Below are positions 45,260 through 57,200 of a DNA stretch of 64,000 nt, one piece after another. The translations under genes and the position numbers were made by a program. The notes under the pieces are model-generated. The model did no database searches. It saw only the letters and a list, made by a program, of their open reading frames with translations, and was not told where the DNA came from. Position 1 is the stretch's first letter. Each line of letters starts with the position of its first letter. The stretch comes from Azolla caroliniana (lineage: Eukaryota > Plantae > Polypodiophyta). The DNA lies in contig JBHGNT010000022.1 of the NCBI GenBank assembly GCA_043228905.1, positions 4,960,001 through 5,024,000 on the forward strand. The letters are read 5' to 3'.

Positions 45260-48200
45260 TCACTGCTGCATAGGTTGTTTAAGATCACGGTCACCACATT
45301 GACTAAGTCGACGAAGAGGTATGCCATCCTCCATCAAACCATCATTTTCATCCCGTTTACTCATGCTAACACGGGTAGAATGGGACAATGGCAATCCCAT
45401 ATAACCATCTGGAAAAAAAAAATAGTAAGAAATAAAAATACTAGCATTCAATCCATCAATCACACCTCCTAGCTGTGATTTTTATATTTCTTACACCTGA
45501 TCTCTTTTTGCACACAATGCACATACACCTTCATTTACTTAACACTGCTCATGACATGTTTATACATGGTCATAACACCAGAACATATTGTGCTTACAAA
45601 TTAAATACATGTGAGAGAATGAAAGTGAGACTATATGAGTGTCTCTAATGCCATGTCAGAAAGGGAAGTTCATTCATGTACTCTTACGTAAATGAAATAG
45701 TCATCCTAGAACTCATCAAGACTATTTAGAATGAACTCCACAGCCAGAGAGAGATGGATATTATAAAAGATGTACCGCATACAGTGTGAGAGAGAAATGA
45801 GTATTATAAAAAATTATATAATCACCAATAAACCCTATAACTAGACAAGTGTAAACGTACACTGTCAGAGATGTCGATCCCAACGAATATGGATTTTGTC
45901 AACCACTTCGTACATAGAGTAGACTAAATGCAATGGCATTCCTACTGAATCCCAATATCATCAGTGCTAGAGAATAGATGAAGATACATGCCAAGTAATG
46001 CTGACTAAATGAGCTGAAAAAACTTAGCTGTGACGAAGTCTAACAGTAAGTAAGAGATCATAGATCAAAATTCATATTAAGTAATGTTCATCACAAAGAT
46101 TGCTCCCCTGAATTTGTATCACTTCTCCAGAGAAACTCAGCCATGAAGAAGTATAGCATTTAATATGAGAAAGGCCTACTAAAATGTACATACAACAATA
46201 AGCACAAAGATATACACAACATTGTTAATTTATATTATCATCATTCAAACATTGCATACTCAATCCATATGCAAAGTTGTCGCCCATATCCTTTGTTGTA
46301 TGCAATAAAAATGTGCCTGAGAGGATAGTAATAAATCCACAAAGTTCCGTTATAATCTGCGATGGATTCTGCCGATCCCAGTCCTGTCATACACAACTAC
46401 AGAGTGAATAAAAATTAACATCAACAAAAGAATGATACAAAAAACAGTAGGTGTAGCTGCACCTTAAACATTATAATGCTCGCTACTATGGTGAAGGATG
46501 TGAACATCACATAATAAATTGGTGACACAACTGCAGTGTTGAAAGTATCCAGAGCCTGTAAATCAATTTTACTCAATAATTTGGCAATTTTTGTTGATAC
46601 ATATACTCCATCCAGAGGTAAACACTAGAATCTTTTTCCAGTAAAGTAAGCTACCTTATTTAGATAATTCATTTGCATCAAAATACATGTCATCACCACC
46701 ACAGCAAAAAACCATGTCTCAGGATAAAGTAGTTGATTTGTTCCCTCAAACGTTAATTTAAGAGCAATTCCCAGAGCTTTAACACTCATCACCTGAGGAA
46801 AAATTAACAGCATCAGTGTACAATTGCTTCCACAAAGAGATGATATGCACAACTAGCATGCGAGACATATGGATACAAAATGACCTAGATATATTGCACT
46901 TCACTACAAAAAGCATCAATATTACCATACCAGCATCAATAATACATGAGACCCCTATTTTATGATAATAATTCAATAGCACTTACTTTCACATGTAAAT
47001 TTGCAGGCATGCTTTTAATGCAAATGAGAAAGATTCAACAAGTATACATGATTTGAGGCACTTTGTAAGACAATGTCCACAGCATTGTGAATGTAAAGCA
47101 TTTCCTTCTTTCAGTTTTTTGCTAGTTTTTAGACACCTCCCTCACAAAAAGATTAGTTTTCTTTAAAAAGTTCATTGCTTATATTTCTCCTTGGATCTTG
47201 GAGATTATCACGATTAGAAAGGAAAGGGAGACAGAAGATATCCCTATTTCGAGCCAGAGTCAAAGTGAGTAAGTTTAGATTCGAAAATCTGTATTAAGAG
47301 AGAGCGTTTCCGATTATAATCGGTGTGTACTACCCTTGTAATTGCTCTATTCAGTAATCAATACATATACTTTTGGGTCAACTCTGTGCCTGTCTCATCT
47401 TAATCTTATTTCTGATTTTGTTATCTAACCTATGAAACGGTTGTAGCCGATCCTCAGAGGGTCCGACCCCGCACGGTGTAACGTTTTAGCCCTGCTAAGC
47501 CCTACCATAGTCTCTTACGTGACCACAATTCCTTGACCCGATTAGTCTGGAAAAGTAATGGAAGGTGTTTCTCCAAGAGGGAGACAACACAATTTGGCAC
47601 GCACGGTTCACGTTGTGAGGTCACAGCGAACAGCGCGTAGGCGAAACCTAAGTCGCCATAACGACGCACACGTTCTTGGCTACCATCCCGTCGAGCCAAA
47701 CCAGCCGAGGGCATCTCCGACTCCACACTCACGCAGCAATCACCACCAGAGCAATCCGCATTGCTCCACTCCCCGCTGCCGGCACCAGACGCTCAGTTGA
47801 TCGTAGCCTCTAACGCTGTTTCGCCTCACAGTTCCCCCGAAGTCAACCAAGCCGAACACAACCCCTTCCCAGCGTTACCCGACGATCCAGACTTCGACAC
47901 CATGCCGTATCCATATCAGCATTACACAGACGGCCTCAACGCAAAAGCACACATCAGAACCTTCTTGTCAACATGGCAAGCCAACCACTCGCCGCACCGT
48001 CTAACCGCTGTCGAGGCGGACTCGTTGAAAATTGATGAGTTCACATTGTCCCTCGATGGACCCGCAGCGTGCTGGTATTCCCAGCACGGCCTGGGAGAAT
48101 TCGCGACGTTTGAAGATGTCCACAATCGATTCCTCGAATTGTTCCTTTGAGAGATACCCTAGCGAGAACTGCTCTGCCAATTCTACGCAATTGCACAGGA

Positions 48201-51200
48201 GCCAAATGAAACGGTCTCCCAGTTCACGATCCACTTCCAAGATCTTTATCGCCAGCTTGCTCAAGACGTGTTCGCAAATCATCTGAAGGACACATTCCTC
48301 GCAAGGCTACGAAAACCTCTTCGCACAACTTTAGCCTTAACCAACTTCTCACAGCAAACAATCGAGCATGTGGTCACTCGCGTCCTCGCTTTGAACAGAG
48401 CTCAACAGAGTACCTCTTTTCCTATGGGTTCCCTCCAAAGTGCTTTACCGACACACAAGGAAATCCAATTCCAACAGGCGCTCCAATGCACGACATACTT
48501 GAATTCTGGCCACTCGGCCGCGGATTGTGCTATTCGACCACACTGCCCGATCTGCCACTCCCGCGCACACACAGTAGAGTAATGGGAATATTATATGCCA
48601 AATTGTGTTGTCTCCCTCTTGGGGAAACACCTTCGATTACTTTTCCGGAGTAATCGGGTCAAGGAATTGTGGTCGCGTAAGAGACTATGGTAGGGCCTAG
48701 CAAGTCTGAAACGTTACACCGTGCGGTCGGACCCTCCAAGGATTGGCTACAACTTATTTGTGCTCACAATTTCATAGGTTAGATAACATAATCAAAAATA
48801 AGATTAAGATGAGACAAGCACAGAGTTGACCCAAAAGTATATGTATTGATTACTGAATAGAGCAATTACAAGGGTAGTACAGACCGATTATAATCGAAAA
48901 CACTCTCTCTCTTAATACAGATTTTTGAATCTAAACTTAATCACTCTAGCTCGAAATAGGGATATTCTATCTCACTTGCCTTCTATTGATCCCTGATTTA
49001 TATATCACTTTCTCCTTAATCGGTGTGCTCCAACTACTCTCTTCTAATCACGCTTTTCTTTAAGATTCTTTCCATATGCCGTGACTTTTGTCCCACGGAT
49101 AACACCCGTGGGACAAGGCTTGCACGTCGAACCCAAAATCAACAAAAAAATCAAAATCGAACATATTGCCATCCAAAAATGAAAGAATTGAAAAATGCTA
49201 TGATACACTTATTGCTCCTCCAAAATTGTCGTGAGGCTCTCCACCTGCTCCGGCTCATCCGGTTTGAGCTCAGTCGTCACTTCTACCCCTTGGTTTGCCA
49301 ATTCCGGAACGGCCTGTTGGGCGTCGTCTGGTTGGGTCGCCTCCGCTTGCTTCCGCTCATCCAAGTTGGGCTGGGCCAAAAATCCTAGCCGTTGGTCTGC
49401 AACCTCCAACGTAGCTTCTGGAGCCACCTCCTCCTGCTTTAGCTCCGTGTCCTGTTTGGCCACCGGTTCTCTCCCCTAGTCTAGGCCCGTCGTATCTTCT
49501 ACTTTCGGCTCTTGTGTTGCAACTTTGGGTAACACGTCTGCTGATGCTTGAGCTGCGATTGCGGCTTCCTTCTCGGCTCGGAGGATCTGAATGTTGTTCT
49601 TGTCCATTTTGTAAAACCCGCGACCCTCCTTTTGTCGGTTTTCGGCATCCACTCGAAAGACTTGTAATTCGGCTACTTGAGCCGCCCATTCATTCCATCC
49701 TTGAGTGAGTGCCGCTTTGACCTTTTCATTCAGCTTCTTCCGATGTTTCATAACCAAATCTTTCACTCGTTCTTCGCCTATTTTGTATTTGGCATGGAGT
49801 GTATCCATTCCTCTTGGGCAGTCGCGGCATTGAGTTCAAGTTGAGCTATCGAGAGTTGGTACGAGGTGTTGACTCTGGCAACCTTTGCTTCCATTAGTTT
49901 CGTGTTTTGCTCGTACCTCCGAAGGATCCGATTCTTTTCCTCTTCCAGCTCTTGCTGGTACTATTCCCGATCCCGTTCTCGGTCTTGTTGCGCAGAGGTT
50001 TGTAGCCTATGGAGGGTCTCCGACAATGTATATTTGTCTTGCTCCGATTCCTCCAGCATTTGAAGCTGCCTACTGAAGAGTTGCTGGAGTTCCGTGTGCT
50101 CATTTTGGAGGATCAGGAGTTGGTCATTTGTTATTGCAAAAGCCAGTTGATACCCTCGTCGATCTCATGAATTTTGGCGGCTGATGCCTCGTTTGGAGCC
50201 TGAAGAGCAAGCGTGCCATGTGCTTCCATATCATGGAGCTTGGCGGCTGATTCTGCGTTAGCTGCCTGAAGAGTTGCCGCTACTTTTTCTTCCAGGTCTT
50301 GGAGAGCTTGCTTGCGCTCGACCGTCCATGTGTCGAGCAATTGCGGGAGTTCAACCTCTCGGTTTTTTGCCTGCTCGCGGAGGCGGTCGAGCTCCCCCTT
50401 GGCCTCTTGATATATTTCTTTGGCCTTCTCGGTGATCGCCTTTTGAGCTGCCAGTTCTTCTTCATAGTTTGGCGGCTGGGCCATTGTCGTGTCAGGAGGG
50501 GGTGTGTGGTGTTCAGTGGCGGGGACCTGTCTGGAAATTTCTTCGGTTTGTGAGAATGCATCTGCCTGGCTAGGAGTGGGAGGTGGGAGGGCATGAGGGT
50601 TGGTTTGCCCGATGTCCTTGAGCCGTTCCGTTGTTCAAGCTCAGCAATTCAGCTTTTCAAAGCTTGCCATAGCTCTATGGCCGTTTTTGCCTGTTTGTGC
50701 GCCTGCTTGCTACAAAGAGCCATGTCCTTGGCTGCGCGGGTCATCTTCACCAATTCTCAGAAAGTTTCCACCAGGGCCGTGTTGAGCTCAAGTAGTTCGA
50801 TCCGCCTGCGACGGGTCTTACTTTGCCGCTTCCGGCCAATTTTCTGCCACTGTGGCTCTTCATCCAAATCGACCTCATTTGCGAGCGTGCATGCTAAGGA
50901 GCAGATTTGAAAAGCCGAACAGTCGAACTTGAACAACGGCTCAAGGACATCGGCCGAACAGGACACGGAGCCAAAGCAAGAGGAGGTGGCTCTTGAAGCT
51001 ACGTTGGAGGTTGCAGATCAACGGCTAGGATTTTTGGCCCAGCCCAACTTGGATGAGCGGAAGCAAGCGACGGCGACCCAACCAGATGACGCCCAACAGG
51101 CCGTTCCAAAATTGGCAAACCAAGGGGTAGAAGTGACGGCCGAGTTCAAACCGGAGGGGCCGGAGCAGGTGGAGAGCCTCACGGCAATTTTGGATGAGGA

Positions 51201-54200
51201 ATAAGTGTATCATAGCATTTTTTTATTCTTTTATTTTTGGATGGCAATATGTTCAATTTCGATTTTTTGTTGATTTTGGGTTCGACGTGCAAGGCCCTGT
51301 CCCACGGGCATGCCAGGTGTTATCCGTGCGACAAAAGGCATGAGGTATGGAAAGAATCTTAAAGAAAAGTGTGAAAGGGGACAAGTAGGTCAAAGCGTGA
51401 AAAGGGGAAAAGACCCAAACACTAGCAGCCGAGGGGAAGTAACCAAAATACTAGCAACCGAGGAAGCCGAGGATTAGAAGAGAGTAGTTGGAACACGCCG
51501 ATTAAGGAGAAAGTGATATATAAATCGGGGAACAGCAGAAGGAAAGGGAGACAAAAGATATCCCTATTTCGAGCCAGAGTCAGAGTGATTAAGTTTAGAT
51601 TCGACAATCTGTATTAAGAGAGAGCATTTCCGATTATAATCGGTGTGTACTACCCTTGTAATTGCTCTATTCAATAATCAATACATATACTTTTGGGTCA
51701 ACTCTGTGCCTATCTCATCTTAATCTTATTTCTGATTTTGTTATCTAACCTATGAAATTGTGAGCACAAATTGGTTGTAGCCGATCCTCGAAGGGTCCTC
51801 GAAGCATGTACTTCATTCTAAAATTTACCATTGTTTCTTGTCAAGTCATTCAATTCTTTCAATGGACAAGAATGTGAGATTCTACCAGGACTTCATTAAC
51901 AAACTTTGATGCCCTTCGAGCTATTGCCCGATCTATTGTAACCCTTAACAATCAGCAACGGTTCGGTTCGGTCAAGAATGTCCAAACCGAACCATTTAAA
52001 AATTTTGAAACCTGAACCCAACCGAACCATGAAACCATTCAAACCAAACCGTTAGTTTAAAATCCAAACCATTAAACCACTAAAATCGAGGTTTCGTGGT
52101 TCGGTTGCGGTTTTCAATTTAGGTTAAAATTCAAATTTACAGTTTTTCAAAAGTTTAAAGATTTTTCCTAAAATGTGTGAATTAGGCTTAAAAATGAAAA
52201 GGTTGTTTAAAATAAAATTTTAAAAATTTAACCATTAAAATGTGGATACATGTCCCTAATCGAATCAATGCCTCGATGATTATATATGCTGCTCCCATCT
52301 CTGCCCAGATTATATCATGGGGCACCGATGCATTGCTCCTTATAATCCAGGCAATCATTGACACTAAAGGTCTCTGTAAACCTTTCCAATGATTTGCCTT
52401 GTTAAGACTCGGTCCCTACGTCTCTACTCCATAGAGAAGAGTTGGTGTGTGATAAGTGTATCAAATAACCACAGCTTAGTTCGTGGCTCTTGGAACTACA
52501 AATCTGCACATTGTCTCTCGAGTGCACCAAGGGCTGCATATCCATGAGAAAGTTGGACACAAGCAACCTCCCGTAAGGAGAACCTAGGCCTTGTAAATGT
52601 TACTCCTAGGTATGTGTAGGATGGCAAAATGCAAGGTCAATGGTAAGAATCTATCTCGTAAGTTTTGGTTGGAAGCTGTAATCTATGCAAACTATGTTTT
52701 AAATAGATTCCCTACAAAATCACTTAAAATTATCACTCCATATGAGGCTTGCAATGGTCACACGCCAAATGTTGGTCATATCTTATGCATTTGTGCCACC
52801 ATAGCAACACCGTAAGCTTCAAGATAAAGCAACAAAATGCATTTCTATTGGCTTCGGCAAAGAAAGCAAAGGTTATCAGTTGTTTCAGCCCACTACTAGT
52901 AAGATCATCATCAGCCAAGATGTGATATGCTCTTAAATGCAGCTCAACCATTTGTGGACTTCTTCAAAGAGCTAATTCTTGATCAATCAAATGCATATGA
53001 TACTTTGTCACCATTGCTCCAAAATGTTGTGTTTGAAAGTGTTCAACTAACCCAACCTCATGGAGGTAATGTGCAAGTTTTGCATCAGCAATAGCATGCT
53101 CCAAACTGAGGTGTAGAGCAGCCAAACAATGCTCAAATTGATCTCTTGCAACAGCCCAATGTGGTTAAAAATGAGCAACCAAACATTGTTGATTTGATAA
53201 TGCTGATTTACAGGTCATTAATCAACATTACATTGACATGGAATTGGAGGAAGAACAAGCCTCTTCTAAGCAAGCAAGACCAGTCCCTAAATGGCCAACA
53301 CCCTTGTATATATACAGCAAACTCACATTTCCTCTTCAAGGTAAAACCCAATCTACCAATTCGCTAGCTGAACTGCATTGTTAGGTGTAAAGGCCCGTAG
53401 TTCACACATTAGGTAATTATTCGTATATGTGAACACATTGTTCACCTGGACAGGACACCTTTTTTTTGTAATGTGAACACACCACTTTCTTTGTAAGGTT
53501 AACTAATATAATAACCTTTTTTTTTCTTGTGTACCAATCAAGGCGGTTGGGTACACCAAAGATCTGCGTGTCTCTACTCTCATCTGTACTACAGTCCTGT
53601 TTGCTGAACGTCATCTCTCAATAGCTGATCCGTCAAACATCCCTCTTTACCTTTAACTGGTATCAGAGCCAAATCTCTTTCCTCTACTTTGCTGTTTTTC
53701 TTTAGATTCAGAATCAGCAGAAAACACAGATTTAAAAAATAAAAAAATAAAAAATAAAAAATCTGTCAGACCCTTTCCTATTGGTATTCTGCTCAATTTC
53801 TGAAGGCATCTATCATAAATCTTGGGAGCAATGGCCTCCACTTCAGCTAAAGTGAAAAACCTCTTTGAAATCAAGAGATTTGATGGAAAAGGTTTCGAAT
53901 TGTGGAAAGAGCGTATGCTGGGCATCCTCTTTCTAAGAGATTGTGAAGATACTCTTGTAGAAAAGAAACCAGAGAGCATGGAAAATGATGCTTGGAACAC
54001 TCTGAATAAGAAAGCCATTACATATATTAAAATGGCTGTTTCTGATGAAATTCTTGTAGATGTAAAGGGCTTGACTACTGCCCATCAAGTTTGGGAGAAA
54101 CTTAAGAAAACTTACGAGAATACTACTCCTATGAATCAGGTGCATTTGATGAGAAAACTTGTCAGTATGAGGCTTGATGAGTCGAAAGGTGCAACAGAGC

Positions 54201-57200
54201 ATCTATCGTTATTCACAGGTACTCTCTCCCAACTACAAGATTCAGGATTACCAGCTTTTGATGACAAGCTCAAAGCTATCTTCCTACTTATGACTTTACC
54301 GGATTCGTGGGAAACATTAGTTGTTTCACTATCTAATAGCCCCACCTTGACCTTCGATGGTGTGCGGGGCTCTATTCTCAGTGAAGAGATTAGAAAACAA
54401 TCTAGTGGAGAAGGTAGTGGTTCAGCATACAATATTAGGGGGAGATATGATAAGAGGAACCCAAATGTAGGACAAAGAAATAGAAGTAAGAGTAGAGGGA
54501 AAGGAAAACAACAAGATATCACATGCTATCATTGTGGCCGTAAAGGTCATAAGAAACCTGATTGTAGATATTGGAAGATGGAACTAGAAAGGAAGAACAA
54601 TGTAGGAGAGAAGAAAAACAAAGAGGATAAGTTTAATACAACAGAGAAAGCTAATATGGCTTCAAATGTTATCATTGAAGACCTATGTGGTGAAGATGGT
54701 GATGTACTTTGTATTACAGGTGATGCCTTTATAGCTCATGTTCAAGACATGCAAATCACCAAAACAGATGTTATTGATGCTTTATTGTCAATCAATGATG
54801 GATTGACACAGACATGGATAGTAGACTCTGGGGCTTCTTTTGATGTTACTCCATGTTTGGAGTGCTTTACCACATTTGATGCAGGCAGTTATGGAAAAGT
54901 TTATCTTGGTAACAATAGTGCTTGCAATATTGATGGTATTGGAACCATACACTTGTCTTTGGATAATGGTCAAGAGCTTGTGCTCAAAGATGTTAGGTAT
55001 GTACCTGGCATAAAGAAAAGTTTGCTATCTATAGGATAGATGGATTTGCATGGTTACACCACATTATTCGGTGGTGGATTATGGAAACTAAAGAAAGGAT
55101 CTATGGTTATTGTGAAAGGTTGCAAAAAGGGTACTCTGTACTGTTTGCAATGCAAAGCTTTACCTGGAAAGTTTCTTGCTATTGCTGAATTCGACTCTCG
55201 TTTAGAGCTTTGACATAAGAGATTAGGACATATGAGCCAAAAAGGACTTGAAGTCCTTTCTGCTTTAAAAAGATTTGATGTTAAAGGATCAAAGCTGGTT
55301 TTTTGTAATGATTGTCTATTTGGCAAACAAGTGAGAAATTCTTATTATTCTGGTATCTCTCGTAAACCAAATGTGCTAGATTTGGTGCATTCTGATGTAT
55401 GTAGCATGCCTATAAAATCCTTGGGCGGTGCTGCATATTTTATTTCCTTTATCGATGATTATTCTAGGAAGATTTGGGTGTACTTGATGAAAAGAAAAGG
55501 TGATGCATTTGATGCATTTAAATATTTTCATGCATTTGTGACTACTCAAAAAGGGACAAAACTGAAATGTCTCAGAACAGATAATGGGGGTGAGTTTACA
55601 TCTGCAGAATTTAAGTCTTATTGTGACTTACATGGTATTAAAAGAGAGCTTACAGCTCCATATAACCCTTCATCAAATGGGGTGGCAGAAAGGTATAATA
55701 GGACCTTGTGTGAGCGAGTACGATGCATGCTGTCCACAGCTAATCTCCCTCATGAATTTTGGGGAGAAGCATTAAAAACCGCGGTTCATATATGTAATCG
55801 TTCTCCCAACAAGTCCTTAAAAAATGGAATCCCTAAGGAGGTTTGGTCTGGCAAACCAGCCTCATATGACCATTTACGAATTTTCGGTTGTGATGCGTTT
55901 GTACACATTAGAAGTGAGCTGAGAAATAAGCTCGATGCTAAGTCCACCATGGACATTTTTATGGGCTATGGTGATGAAGGTGAAATGGGCTATAGGATTT
56001 GGTTACCTCAGTCCAGAAAAATTGTACGCAGCCGGGATGTTGTTTTTAATGAAGAAAAATTGCTGAAAAATGCTTGTTCCTCTGTTGGGAACTCTAAGAG
56101 CGTTACATTTCAGCAATTACAGCCATCCACAAAATCTGAAAATAAACCTCATGATGCTATACCAAAGGTTGAATATGATGGTCAACCGGTTATCTTTGAG
56201 CCAGAAGAAGTTGGACAGCAAAGAGATGCTCATGAAGGTATTGGTCAACGAGATGAAGGTACTGAAGAACAAAATATAGATGTCGAACAACATGCTGGAC
56301 ATGGTTCGCAACAGCCAGAAAGTGCTGAAAATGATTTTCCTCCAGATTTAGAACCAATCTCAGAAAATACTGATCATTGGGTACGTAGGTCTAATCGTTC
56401 AAGGAGGCAGGTATATAGATATGACCCCTCTTTGCATTATGTCATGCTGTCAAATGAGGGTGAACCTCTTACTTATAAGGAGGCAATGTCATGTGAACTT
56501 AGCAGTAAGGGGGAGCTTGCAATGCAAGAAGAAATAAAATCTTTATATGCAAATGATACATGGGATCTTGTGTCCTTACCTCAAGGAAGGAAAGCTCTTC
56601 CAAATAAGTGGGTTTATAAGGTAAAGGAAATTGAAGGGAAACCAAAATACAAGGCAAGATTAGTTGCCAAGGGTTATGCACAGAAGGAAGGTATTGACTT
56701 CCAAGAGGTCTTCTCTCCTGTTGTGAAGATGACCACACTTCGTGTGCTATTTGCTCTCACTGCAATGCTTAATTTGGAGTTGTACCAAATGGATGTAAAG
56801 ACCGCTTTTTTGCATGGTGATATTGATGAAGAGATCTACATGAAACAACTTGAGGGTTTTGTAGTCTCTAACAAGGAGCATTTGGTATGCAAACTAAAAC
56901 GTAGCTTGTATGGCCTAAAACAAGCACCACGACAGTGGTATAAGAAGTTTGATACTTTTATGATTTCTCAAGGCTTTGATCGTAGCTATGCAGATCATTG
57001 TTTATACACGAAAAAGGATATCGATGACAGTCCTATCATACTTGTTCTATATGTGGATGATATGTTGTTAGCTGGGAAAAGAAAGACTAGTCTTGATGCT
57101 CTAAAAGATCAACTGAAATTGGTCTTCTCTATGAAAGATTTGGGAAATGCAGAGCATATTTTGGGCATGAGAATCAATAGAAACAAAAAAGACAAATTGT

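Noticed and set aside
45860-45923. Possible extra NIPA exon in intron 8
   Set aside because: It has an in-frame TGA in the required phase, and exons 8 and 9 join in frame without it.
47214-48985. Inverted repeats flanking gag as a DIRS-like element
   Set aside because: No tyrosine recombinase or RT is visible, and the repeat is followed by a tRNA-type PBS, which fits rearranged Ty3/gypsy pieces.
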